A stretch of 64,000 nucleotides of DNA from Haplodiscus bocki. Lineage: Eukaryota. The DNA lies in contig OZ296648.1 of NCBI GenBank assembly GCA_965655095.1, positions 146,816,001-146,880,000 on the forward strand. The letters are read 5' to 3'. A model generated the notes under the pieces. It worked only from the letters and a program-made list of their open reading frames with translations. It made no database searches and was not told the DNA's origin. Positions 47,550 through 60,200 of the stretch are shown here, one piece after another; the first letter of the stretch is position 1; each line of letters opens with the position of its first letter. The translations under genes were made by a program, and so were the position numbers.

Positions 47550-48700
47550 GAATTGATTGACTTTTATGCAATTGTGTTATTTTCAATCTGGTGTTAAAAG
47601 TTCATATGTGACTTCCGTAGAGTTGTTAATATTGTTGAAGGGACCATAACGAAGTGGGCTCAGTTTGTCCAAAGATTGAACAACTTTACACTTTCATTGT
47701 AAGACAAATGAACTCACTGGTAATGGTTTATCAAGATTTGGTGTGTCTTGCATTGTTTAAGCAAGAAAATTCTTTTTTTTTCGCTTCGTGTCGATATACT
47801 TCCTAATAAAATTTCAGCATTGCTGGTTTTTTAGCAAAAAACCCAGTAAAGATTGGTTTCAACAAGATGCTATGAAAAAACGGATTTATATCTGTGAGTT
47901 GGTAAAGAGACAGGTGGTAAATCAGAACAGTTTTGTGCAGTACTCCCACGGCATCTTTTCCGAGAAAGATTCAAATGAAAATTCAGTTGCGTTTGAAAAA
48001 CTTTTTGAGAGAGGAAAATGCAAAAATAACAATTGATGAGTATTGTGGACATAAGGAAGGAATTTTGCTAGAATAGACCAATTGTCAGGGCAATTTTGAA
48101 AAATCGTTCGCAGATGGGTTCCAAGACATTTTTCACTTCACGAAGTCCCTTTGTCCAAAAGGGATGTGATATTCCTGGAGAGTGTCGATAATTAAACACA
48201 GTACAGCGATATGCCATTTCAGAATTGGGATTTTCAGTTCCTCTAGCTGTAATCAGATATTGATGAGGACCAAATTTTGATATCCAGTGTTGAATTTACA
48301 GCGTGGTAAAAGTTTTTTTTGGAGTTGGTACCCTTACAAGGTGATTGCTGAAATGATCCACAATTATATAAAGGTAATGATTTCCTTCAGAGGAACGGTT
48401 TTTTGGACATTGAGTATCAATAGAAATACTATGGTTAAAAAAATGGATGTTTTCGAAAATGGTGAGAGAGAAGCTTCGTTTTGTTTCATCTTTTTAAATT
48501 TATGCATTTGGCAATTATTACAATTGTGAATGAAAATTGATGGCCTTTTTTGCAGAAATGCAATATTATGAAAATGGTTAACGTTATTTTGGGCATTTCA
48601 CAGACCAACATCAGAATGTTCAGGAACTTTGGTTAATGCAGAGTTAAACAGAGTGAGTGGTAAGCGTAAACGCGATTTTTGAGAGGAATCATTATCATCG
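47550..48700 (-). pseudogene. Gypsy integrase relic
   Basis: H...H...CNNCQ zinc motif, SIDTQCP (SMDTKGP-like), ITARGTE (D-motif), PWTKGLRE (E-motif) and KLSPLRYGPF (GPY/F). Confidence 0.8.
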
Positions 48701-49499
48701 GTATACCGTGGAAGTTTATCATTAATTTCCAGAAGTTAGTTTACAAAAGTAATAGGTTCGGTATGTTCATCAATATACAGATTGGAAACTAATCGATAGT
48801 TTTCAAGTAAAAATCGACTAGCAGTGATAAGCGGTGTTTTTGTCAGAGGACGTGAATTATAAGTGATTCATTTGAATGCAATTTTCAGAACGGGATCTCT
48901 TTTTTGAAATTTCATTTTTGTCTCAATATTGAATGGAGTTTCAGGAGGTAAAAAGAATCCCTGAATATGGACGTCTGTTTGGAAAAAAAGGGATCAAAGA
49001 AAGAATTGATCAATGATTGTTTCACTACAGAAGGGAATGTTCGTTGAATAGTTTGCATCTGCAGATTTTCGTCTTCAGAATCATTTTATTTTTCAAAAAA
49101 ATGTGGATCGTCAATCAGTGACAAATCAGGGTAAAAAAGATCATCATTTTGTGGTGTTGTTTCATCAACAGATGCGCCGTTATCAATAATATCGATATCA
49201 ATGAAAATCGCAGTTTCCTGTAATATAATAATTTTTCTCGATTAGTTTTTCATATTGTCTGTGAAATGGTTTCACAGCTTCAAACGAAACCAGGTCTAAT
49301 GGCCTAATTATGACTTTTTCTCCTTCACCAATGACACGAACGCAGGATTGATCATTTCCAAAATCAGCTACAGGAGGATGACAACCTTCCTTCTGTGAAG
49401 GAAGTACATTTTATGTTTAGCCAATTAAAAAACAAGTTTAATTTGAGTATCATGGGTCAGTGCTGCAAAGTGAACTTGCGGTGGTAATTGTTTTTGTTT

Positions 49500-50900
49500 C
49501 AAATGATTCAGTTGCAGTTCTTCTTGAATAGACGAAGGGTCTAATATATCAGCTAAAGAAAGATTTTTTTCCTTTTGTATAATTAATACGAAGTTTCTGA
49601 ATTTTGGTTACTTGAATTTATTCAGTGTAAATTATTAGTAAACGGTTTCCTTCCTTGGTAAAAAACAGCTGAGAAGTGGTTTTTGATCATTCAAAACAAG
49701 GATTAAGTGATCAGAGCTAAAAGTATTATGTTTGTAAATTGTTAATCAATATAAGAATTCGATTAATTGGCGATGAGTAGTACAGAGTTTTTCCTCTTTT
49801 GTAGTAAAAATACGAAGATTCTATGAGAAAAACTCCATTTTTCCTTTTTCATTCACTTGGAATAAGACACACCCTATACCGATCAAAAAAGAATCTACAG
49901 TAATACAGAATGAATGATTTGTATAATGTAATGTCAGAGAACCATCTTTTGTAGTGGATGTTTTAATTTGTTGAAACAGTGTTTCCAATTCTTTACTCCA
50001 GTGAAATTAAACATCATCACCGAGTAAATCGTACAGAGGCTGCATGTTAACATGATGTTTATCACTAGTTTTAGAGTAGAACTTCATTGAGACATTGAAA
50101 CTCATCAGTTCATTCTTTGTAGTCGGAGAAAGTTCTATGAATTGCAGCTATTTGGCATTTAAATGGTTTAATTGTGTTGAAACAAATTTCACGACCAAAT
50201 TAACTTACAGTGAGCAGCATGAAAAAAATATCAAGATGTTGTTTGATAAGTTGAAATATGTACGGTTTAGACTTTGACATGAGTATTATATCATCAATAT
50301 AAATCAGCGCAGATTCTTGTTGGATCAGATCTTTGAAAAAAGTAGCCATTTGCTGTTTGAAGATGTTGGAAACTTTTTTTGACCATAAAGTACTCTACCG
50401 AATGCAAAAAGCGCATCACCAGACGAAAATCAATTCAATTGAATAGTTCAATCATCCAATATTGCATGTTCACATGAACACATGAGATCAATTGCAGATT
50501 TGTAATTTTATTTGCCCTCGCAAGTTGTTTTTACTAAAGATTCCCGTTGCCAAGATTCATATGATTGATCTGTTTTTGAGTTAAGATGTCTATCATCCGA
50601 CGCAAATTTAAAAGATTCATTCTTTTTTTACGAAGATGATCAATGGTCAATGGATTCAGGAAGTTAGTTCCATATTTTGGTTTTTGACGAAGCGTTGAGC
50701 TAATTTGTTTTTTTTTGGTTCTTTAGCAGATCATCCCATAAAGCATTCAGTTTATTTCAGATAAGAAAGGCAATTCTGATAGGTCTTTGTGTTTGTAGTC
50801 TAGCATCAGGTTTCATTCTAATAGGAGAAAAAGAAATTCTTCCTACAGCAAAAGGTTGTGTGCCATAACAGTTTTTAATTTCATTAGGAAAATTGCAGAG
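49500..50900 (-). pseudogene. Reverse transcriptase and RNase H relic
   Basis: ALIYIDDI (YIDD at 50290-50301); RNase H FCITVDSFLIGIG, NDQKPLL and SLADIL. Confidence 0.85.
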
Positions 50901-51499
50901 TTGAAATTATTCAGAAGCATTACGAACAGAGTTTCGAAAATGAAAATTCATCAGAATGAATTTCTTCTTTTCCGTATGGTAAACGTGGAAAAACTCGTGG
51001 AGCTTATTTTTTGAGTCGGCTGTACAATATAAACAGTACTGTTAATCATAGGATCTTTATAAAAAAACTGAATAAATCACTTCAAAAGAAGTGTTTGTTC
51101 ATTTCATATATTGATGATGAACTTTATATGGTTCAGTAATTATAGGATGGTACGTAAGAAATACCAAATGCATCAGTGTCCTGAAATCATTATTTCATTA
51201 ATCAGGTTGGTTGACTGTGGTAACAGGAACTTCTAAATATCCTAGTTTTGCAGCTGTTGGTGTAACAATATGCGTAGTATCATTTTTGATTATTACTGAG
51301 CACGAATCTCCAGAGTTTTTCGATAATATTTCAAAAAAGAAAAAATATCTTTCTGGTTCTAACATAGCTTGATTTTGAGGTAATTCAGCGAATTTGGTTC
51401 CGTTTTTTTTTCAGTTTTAAACATGAAATCTTTTGTATTGTTGAGAGGGACCTATGAAGTTTGTACAGGTTTAGGTTTATTATAATTTAGCCTTTTTTG

Positions 51500-51950
51500 A
51501 AATAAATTGGTAGTTAAATGGGAGGAAAATGGAAATCTTTTCATTCAGTGTGGTAAAAGAAACAATTTTGGTTTAATTTTTGAAAGAGTGTTTGAATGTC
51601 ATGATAAAGATTTGCATGCTAATGTTCCGAATATGCTTTCCAAAGAATGGCGTTCCGAGAAGTACTTTATGTCAGCTACAGCGAAAAGAATTATGGAATA
51701 CCTTGGTTCTGTTTCAAATAATGAGAAACAAAAACCGAAACACATTACTTGATTGGAACGTCGGATAATTTGCAATAGTCAACGTTCTTGATTTTTCTTA
51801 TTGATCATGATTACAAGCATTGATCATTTGAGTGATCATTTTATATGTTGGTATTTTACATACCAAAATAGATCAACCGGTGTTTCCAGTTTTGAAGGTA
51901 CATTTGAATTAGTTCCGTTTTGAGAATGAAGTTACAGAAAAAAACAAACC
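51500..51950 (-). pseudogene. Aspartic protease relic
   Basis: Degenerate active site NTG*SILV (D[T/S]G-like) at ~51865-51888, located between gag and RT. Confidence 0.45.
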
Positions 51951-51999
51951 TGTTGGAGTCATAGCATTTGTCATTTCAAAAGTGTACATATTAACTTCA

Positions 52000-54900
52000 A
52001 AGTTGTCATTCGACACTGGAATGTTTTCAGTGTAATAATCATGGTTTCAGAGGAGTTGGGTTGTAAATTATTAACCTATCCTCTAGATGCAGACGCAGAT
52101 CTTGAGCGTGATCAAGATGGAGGTCGATATAAAGAAATATAATTAATGAATTACTGTCGATTTCTGGAGCGAGATCTAGAAACAGATCGATGACGCTTAT
52201 TTCTGGAAGAAGAAAAAGGAGATCTAGAAATTCCTCTTTGTCTATAAAACACAGTGTTTTTTGAGCGTGATGGAGTTCAATTAGAATTGAATTCTCTTTC
52301 ACGACGACGATACCAGAAGCGAGGATTTTCACGTGAAACTGCAGGTGGTCTGAAACGAGACGATCGATATGGAGAACATCGATTTGTTGAACTTGAGCGG
52401 TTTCTTGAATCGTACCTATCAAGTGACTAATAGTTTACAGGGCGAGAGGAGGGTTGTTCTTTTGCGTGAATTTATTTCTGCTATGCCTTCAAGTACTGAA
52501 TAAATAACTTTACAGGCACTTTCGATCGAGAATAAGAATTATTCCGTTTTCTTTCTCCATCTTCTCGTTGTTTTCGGAATCAGTTTGATACAGAGTGATT
52601 GGATTTATGACAGTAAATACAGTATTTCCGGAAATGGTTTTTGCTCGTGTTATTCGGATCAGTTGTTTGTGTAGACATGACTTCAGGATTTGGATCAGAA
52701 AAGTCGGACGATAATTTTTGGGATTTCAGTTTTGATGTTACATTATTACGTTCCATTGGTATATCAAAAGTACCAATTTTTCCATTTGTAGTATCTTCAG
52801 CATCAACAAATTTCACCAGTGTATGAAATGGAATGGATGGTTCCAAAACAATCGATGTATGTTAGACTTGACGTTTTCGAGCAAAGTCTGTCAGCGTTTT
52901 TGATAATCCTCTAGTGAAAATTTCCTTACATTCGAGGTTAATATTTGCAGCAGTTTCATTACACCAGCCTAATTCGTCAACTAATAAATGAACTTTCAAA
53001 GCGTAATGACGTACGTTTTCAATTTCTTTTCTCGTTAAAACTTGAACTGCGACTTGTGTGTACTATGAAGCTTCCTGTGGAGAAAATTGTTTTTGGAAAG
53101 CAGATACACAGGCAACCCAATCGTTTTTACAACTTTCAAGAAGTCGTGAAAACCAACTTGAGGCGTTCCAGAGAGCGGAAGCACTGAATAGATTCCGTTT
53201 TGGTTTTCTCCAATGATTATAAGCTACAGGATCGATAGGTTGTTCACCATAGTAAAAATCATAATTGCATCAATTTGATGTAAAAATTCTTCACGAGTAC
53301 ATTACTGGTCAAGTTCATCAAAAGTTTTTAGGGATGTGTTCAATGCAACAAAAGGTAAAGTATAATTTTGTGTGATTACCGGAGGATGGGTTGTTGGATG
53401 TACAGTGGGAACAGAAGACGATGAAAATAAACTTGCAGAAGACCTTTATTAGGTGCAGTGTGGTTGATAGAGAGTTTTAGATGAACTTGCAGTGGCATTC
53501 AGATTGGTAATTGTTTGAAAAAGTTGTTTTTGGTATTACCAGCAATTTTCAAAGGAGCCAAAGTAGATCTTAACGAACTAGGAAAAGTTGTAGTTTTTGT
53601 ATTCAGCATAAATGTATGATCATTAGATCTTTTCGGTTCATTTGTAACAACTGGGTTATTTGGAAATGTTTTAAGAACTCAGTGACCTGAGTGTACCTCT
53701 GAAGATACCATTGAGTTGAATTAATTTGCCAAAATGGTAATATTGCAATATTTTGAAACTGGCATTGACGAGAAGTTGCTTTCTTTTGAGATGCAGACTT
53801 TTCAAATAAGTTTGAATCATTGTGGAAATAAGAATTACTTCCAAACGTTTTTTCGGGAACTTGCAGTGGTTCAGTATTGCCTTGTGTCAGAGATCTAGAT
53901 GGAAGTGAGATTTCAAAAACTTCAGTAGGAAGTGTTCTTTCAGTGTTTTCAGTATCGTTTATATTTTGATTTGAAATAACAGAGGTTGTTTCTGTTTGAG
54001 ATTGAAAAACAACAGTAATTTTCTCTGACTTTCGAGCAAGAATAAATTCAGTAATAAATGATGGATTTAAATGCTTTTCATTATTATTATGATCACTAGG
54101 TCTGTTTGCGCTGATCGACCGTGTAATCATAATAATTTGAATTTTTACTTTAGAAATATTTTAAGAGTCGACTTGGAATAAATTGAGCTAATTTGGATGA
54201 GCATTTTCAGCTTCGGTCACTATTGGTAGTGATTCTTGTTCAATGAATGGTTCGAAACTTTCAATATAAGTTTGATCTAAAGTGTTTCAGATACGTTGAT
54301 AATTTAGTCGGAAAAATCATCACAGCAAAAGAAAAATCGGGTTCATCTGTGGTTTTGTTACAGTATCTAAAACAGTTAACTGTGAAAAAAAACGTTTGTT
54401 GAATAGCATTTTTTCAAGTTTCTCAAAAGCCAGTGGTATTGATTGTTAAGTCTTTTGAATTTGTCAACTCCAGAAGTTTCAAAGAAGTGTTTATTACGAA
54501 TTTCATCAATTGAAGAATTAATTACCATAGATTGTTCTGAAAGTTCATTAGCTTCTTGCTGTGTAGTCAGAAAAAGTACAAATAAAACGTGAATTAGTAA
54601 ATAACTTTCTCTTGGATTTATTGTCTCCGGAAATATTCCAGTGTTACAAAAAGGAAAGTGTGTGTCAGCATAACTTGATTCAAAAGTTTTATATTGAACA
54701 TATTATCAAAAAGGACCCTGGTGTTCTCCAATCAGAGGGATTAAATATTTATCACTACAGTATTTCTCAAAAGGTAGAGAGTTTGTTCAATTCTAAGTAG
54801 GATTCTCAGTAAAACTGATAAAGTCACTAATACATGCTCTCTTTGAGAAAACTTCAGAGAATTGTTGTTGCAATTCTACAGATGGATTATGTACTCGTTC

Positions 54901-55294
54901 CTTAGATATCTCAGAAGCCGAAGGTTCTGGGATTTGCAATAGATTCTGTTGTGTAATTACAGTTGGATTTGTTTTTGGTTCTTTAATTGTTTGATCTTGA
55001 AAAGATTCAGTAGTTTTTCATTTTGTTTGTTACAATCAGCATCTCCCTTCTCAGACGGAGTATCTGAATGTGAATTGACAGTTGTGTGTCGACTTGACAT
55101 TATGGTTCCAAGAATATTTCAGAAAAATTGGGTTTGGTTGAATACAGAAGATTACAGAAATCAGTATGAGAATTGTGGAAACAATTCTTTGCAGAAAAAT
55201 AATTGTATATAGTTTGTATATGAGTGTTGTATATGTCTATACAAATCCAGCACCCAAGAATGAAAAAACAAAATACGATGAGGATGGAAAACAT
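52000..55294 (-). pseudogene. gag-like ORF1 relic (N-terminal hydrophobic segment, S/T/N/P-rich middle, CCHC knuckle, RS-rich tail)
   Basis: RKYCIYCHKSNHSVSN* is CX2CX4HX4C with the last Cys mutated to TGA; RSRSR tracts downstream; MFSILIVFCFFILGCWICI at the start. Confidence 0.75.
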
Positions 55295-56471
55295 TGATGG
55301 TTAATAGAAGTGCTTTGAATCAAAAGGTTGTTGGCAAAATGAGTAAAGTATTTGAAAGTCCGTTCAACCAAAAAATTGCTCGCAGAATACAAACAACTCT
55401 TGCAGTGTGAAAATTTTTAGTTTTAAACTAGGAAGGGTAACAAGGGAATGAACTTTCAGGAAAAAGATTGCTAAACTGTGAACAATCAACGTTTGCACAC
55501 AGTCTCTGATCAATACTGATCGCACGGTTTTACTCTCACGTTATACAAGACAAGAGAACGACGATAGGCAGATCGGAGTTCAGTTCTTTCTTAGAACTCT
55601 TAGTTGAGTACTAATTCTTGACAAAGTTTTGAACAGTCACCTTAATAGTCGGCAACATAGAATTTTTTAGAGGCTATGCAGAGCAAATTTCGTGTTCTGA
55701 CTCTAAGTTTTAGGGGATGGTGAAGGAAAATTAGGGATCCACAGAGTACAAATTGAAAGTTTTCTACAACAAAAAAACATAAGAGAATCGCAACAGTAGA
55801 CATGGGTGGAATTAAATTTCTAAAAGGAGAAGAAATATTGTGGTCAGAGGATGGCAATGGATTTCGCGAATGAAAAATTGCAGTGGAAGCAGAATGATGT
55901 GTAATGATAATACGCAGAAATTGTGCAACATTTCATGGATGAGGTCAATATATGTCGATATGAACAAAAATTGAAAATTGTGAACAAAATTGTAAAAAGG
56001 CAGGACGGAAAGAAATGTTAAAAACCGATTGCTGGCCTAATACTGAAATCTTCTAAACTGAGTGTCTAATATAGGGTGTAGAATGGAATAGACTCAGATT
56101 TTACGCGGGATTCAGTTACTAAAACTGACAGCGAACGAAAATGTAGAGAAATGGCCAAGTTTATAGTCGACACGACTGTCGAAGTTTATAGTCCAAAGGA
56201 CTGGAAGTTTAGAATTGAAACGGCTATCTAGTTCAAAGTCGGAGCGACTATTGAAATTTGTGGTCCAAAGGACTGAAGTTAAGAGACGGATTGATTCAGA
56301 AAAAATTGAAGAAGGAATTTTTAGTTGTTTTTTGATTTTCCTATTTTAAAAACGGTCTGAAAAAGGAAGAGAAGCAAAAAAGAGTAAATGTAGAGGAGAG
56401 AATAGATGGATGTTTTGAGAGGGAAGTTAACGAAATCTGACCAAGATGAATTTTCAGTCGTCGCACCGATT

Positions 56472-56756
56472 TGTATCAACTTTCAAAAGATGTTTGCGTG
56501 TGTATTATTTCCAGTGAAGTTAATACTACGTAAAAGCTTTCAACTTGACTTGATCTAACTTGAGTACTCAGATATTTCCTTCGTATTCTCAATAATTTTC
56601 AGGAGAAAACAACAATTCCCTACTTGGAAAACCCTTCAATTCTATATTGATATCAAGATCGTAAAATTCTATAAAACTCGTAAGAAATAAATACAAGCTT
56701 ACATTTTGTCCTATGAATTTTCAGGAACTTCTTCTCATAAATGCCTATGTATAACA
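56472..56756 (-). repeat. 5' LTR (285 bp), followed on minus strand by degenerate PBS (56457-56469)
   Basis: TG...CA ends; satellite sequence resumes immediately at 56757. Confidence 0.85.
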
Positions 56757-56965
56757 GTAGGAGAACCTTTCTGTGTTTCACAAAATTTCTGTTATCGAAA
56801 AGAATAATGGATTAGAGGGGGGAAGTAGCATGATTTTCTGTCGAAATTTTGTCTCACAGTACCGAAAAACGTCGTAGGGGAAACCTTCCTGGCTTCAGAT
56901 AAATTCTGGTATCAAAACTTTTCATGCATAGGGGGCGGGAGACGGTATCACAATTTCCCGTAATA
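56757..56965 (+). repeat. ~2 monomers of the 120-bp satellite
   Basis: GTAGGAGAACCTTTCTGTGTTTCAC...GTCTCACAGTACCGAAAA matches the 34.8-37.7 kb monomer. Confidence 0.85.
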
Positions 56966-56984
56966 ATTAAAGTGAAGTAGTTAA

Positions 56985-57285
56985 AGGCTGGGGTTCGCAC
57001 CCGTACCCACGGCTTCAGAACCCTGTTGTCTCACCGACTGTTCCAAGATAACCATTGGAAATTCTGACAAATGTCAGTAAAAAAAAAATTTTGGCACGAC
57101 AGAGACTCAACCCCGGACCTACCGCTTCAGAAACCTGTTGTCCTACCCCATGTGCTATGGGAACCATTGGAATGGACTTTCTGACAATTGGCAGTGAAAT
57201 CATTAAAATATTTGGCACGACAGAGACACGAACCCGGACTTGTCGCTTCAGAACAGTGTTGGCCTAACCCCACTGCTGTCATGCT
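56985..57285 (-). ncRNA. Three tandem tRNA-derived (pseudo-tRNA/SINE-head-like) units
   Basis: Minus-strand units with B-box-like GGGTTCG(A/T)GTCTC, a TTCTGAA loop, 3' ...GTCGTGCCA and T-rich runs; spacing ~110-120 bp. Confidence 0.6.
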
Positions 57286-60200
57286 GTCCTTTATTTTTGA
57301 AGAAAAAGAGTTGGCAATTTGGGACAGAAACAAAAAACGACCTTACAGATTGAATAAATTTTCTGGCATATTACATATCCGGCGAAAAATGAAAAGCCAT
57401 TAGAAAAGTTTTTTTTCGAAACTCCAACTCAATTTCACGAAAATTATTGTCCTGTAATCTCGATCACCAGCAATCCCGCTCTAGGGTGTTCGTCGTGAAG
57501 CACTAACGTTGTCTGCGTTGGGACAATCAGTCTCGACCGGTCGAAGAGAAGGAAAGGACAAACAATGGGGGTACTAAAAACTTCTCCAGTGTTCAATCCC
57601 TTAGCAATCCAAAACTACGAACCTTTCTTTAATTCAGGTAGTAATCGAAGTTTTTTCCAAAAAAAATCGGTTTTTCCTAAAATATGCCTTTTAACTCTTC
57701 CCATCCAGACACACTGATTTCTTCTGTGGTCGAGTAAAGACTGATTTTCCTCGGTCACGGCCTAAAGCACAAACTGCTTAGTTGAAGAGTGCCCTTTGGG
57801 AATCGGATCCTGCTGAATTACAAGGACCAGAGTCCTGATAGGTCAAAAGTGAAAACGGGCTTCTTCCATGAAAATAACAACCAAGTTTTTTTGTGCCAGT
57901 GGAGTGTTTTTTCAAGAGCCATATGGGCTGATTTCCAAAGATCAGAGTCTTGACAGGTCGAAAAGCCAAGAACTCATCTCCGTAAGGATATTTTTGAAAT
58001 TGGCAAACATATTTCGTCAAACTAGCGGCTTGAATTTTTCCATCAAGATCTCAATCGACAGCCTTCCCAAGTAAAAAATTTTTTCGATGAGTCTTCTTTC
58101 TGACTCTTTCCATCCAAAATGATAGGCCAAAAAAAGAGTAAACGTTCACAATTAGTGACGATTATTTTCCATTCAAACTCGCTAAATCTATAATCTGGAT
58201 TTCCTCTATGCTGTTTTCAACAGAAGCGAAGCTGTGCTTCGAAACACTTGCGCCAATGGAATAAAAGTGAACAAATTGACTCAAAACAGGTGGTCTTTGA
58301 AGGATCCAGGATACTACGAACTTCACTGCTGACATGCCTATAGCTTATTTCTGGAAGAAGAAAAAGGAGATCTAGAATTCCTTCGTTGTCTATAAAACAC
58401 AGTGTTTCTTGAGCGTGATGAAGTTCAATTAGAATTGAATTCTCTTTTACGACGAAGATATCAAAAGCGAGGATTTTCACGTGAAACTGCAGGTGATGTG
58501 AAACGAGACGATCGATATGGAGAACATCGATTTGTTGAACTTGAGCGGTTTCTTGAATCGTACCTATCAAGTGATTAATAGTTTACAGGGCGAGAAGAGG
58601 GTTGTTCTTTTGCGTGAATTTAATTCTGCTATGCCTTCAAGTACTGAATAAAAAACTTTACAGGCACTTTAGATCGAGAAGAAGAATTATTCCGTTTTCT
58701 TTCTCCATCTTCTCGTTGTTTTCGGAATCAGTTTGATACAGAGTGATTGGATTTATGACAATAAATACAGTATTTCCGGAAATGTTTTTTGCTCGTGTTA
58801 TTCGGATCCGTTGTTTGTGTAGACATGACTTCAGGATTTGGATCAGAAAGTTCGGAGGGTAACTTTTGAGATTTCAGTTTTGATGTCACATTATTACGTT
58901 CCATTCGTATATCCAAAGTACCAATTTTTCCATTCGTAGTATCTTCAACATCAACAAACTTCACCAGTGTATGAAATAGAATGGATGGTTCCCAAACAGT
59001 CGATGTATGTTAGACTTGACGTTTTCGAGCAAAGCCTTTTAGCGTTTTTGATAATCCTCGAGTGAAATTTTCATTACATTCGAGGTTAATAATTGCAGCA
59101 GTTTGACTACACCAGCCTATTTCGTCAACTAATAGTTGAACTTTCAAAGCGTAATGACGTACGTTTTCAATTTCTTCTCTCGTTAAAACTTGAACTGCCA
59201 CTTGTGTGTACTATTAAGCTTACTGTGGAGAAAAGTGTTTTTGGAAAGCAGATACACAGGCAACCCAATCATTTTTACAACTTTCATGAAGTCGTGAAAA
59301 CCAACTTGAGGCGTTCCAGAGAGCGGAAGCACTGAATGAACTGAAGTTTGATGTAAAAATTCTTCACGAGTATATTAATGGTCAAGTTCATCAAAACTTT
59401 TTACGGATGTGTTCAATGCAACGAAAGGTAAAGTATAATTTTGTGTGATTACCGGAGGATGGGTTGTTAGATGTACAGTGGGAACAGAAGACGATGAAAA
59501 TAAACTTGCAGAAGACCTTTATTAGGTGCAGTGTGGTTGATAGATAGTTTTAGATAAACTTGCAGTGGCATTCGTATTGGTAATTGTTTGAAAAAGTTGT
59601 TTTTGGTATTACTCAATGAGTAGATACCAGCAATATTCAAAGGAGCCAAAGTAGATCTTAACGAACTAGGAACAGTTGTAGTTTTTGTATTCAGCATAAA
59701 AGTATGATCATTAGATCTGTTCGGTTTATTTGTAACAACTGGGTTATTTGGAAAAGTTTTAAGAAATCGGTGACCTGAATGTACCTCTGTAGATTTCATT
59801 GAGTTAAATCAATTTGCCAAAAAGGTAAAATTGCAATATTTTGAAACTGGCATTGACGAGAAGTTGCTTTCTTTTGAGATGCAGACTTTTCAAATAAGTT
59901 TGAATCCTTGTGGAAATCAGAATTGCTTCCAAACATTTTTTCGGGAACTTGCAGTGGTTCAGTATTGCCTTGTGTCAGAGATCTAGATGGAAGTGAGATT
60001 TCGAAAACTTCAGTAGGAAGTGTTCTTTCAGTGTTTTCAGTCTCATTTATATTTTGATTTGAAAAAACAGAGGTTGTTTCTGTTTGAGATTGAAAAACAA
60101 CAGTAATTTTCTCTGACTTTCGAGCAATAATAAATTCAGTAATAAATGATGGATTTAAATGCTTTTCATTATTATTATGATCACTAGGTCTGTTCGCGCT

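Larger units (their letters stand above)
38935..56756 (-). mobile_element. Large (~17.8 kb) decayed Ty3/Gypsy-type LTR retrotransposon with env-like gene
   Basis: Minus-strand order LTR-PBS-gag(CCHC)-PR-RT-RH-IN(GPY/F)-env-extra region-LTR. RT-RH-IN order plus a GPY/F motif indicates Gypsy. Confidence 0.85.

Noticed and set aside
56757-56761. TSD for the Gypsy element
   Set aside because: GTAGG flanks the 5' LTR, but no matching sequence is present at the other end, which is rearranged or truncated.
56985-57285. Functional tRNA genes (Gln-CTG or Arg-TCT)
   Set aside because: Acceptor and anticodon stems do not pair properly; reported only as tRNA-derived.
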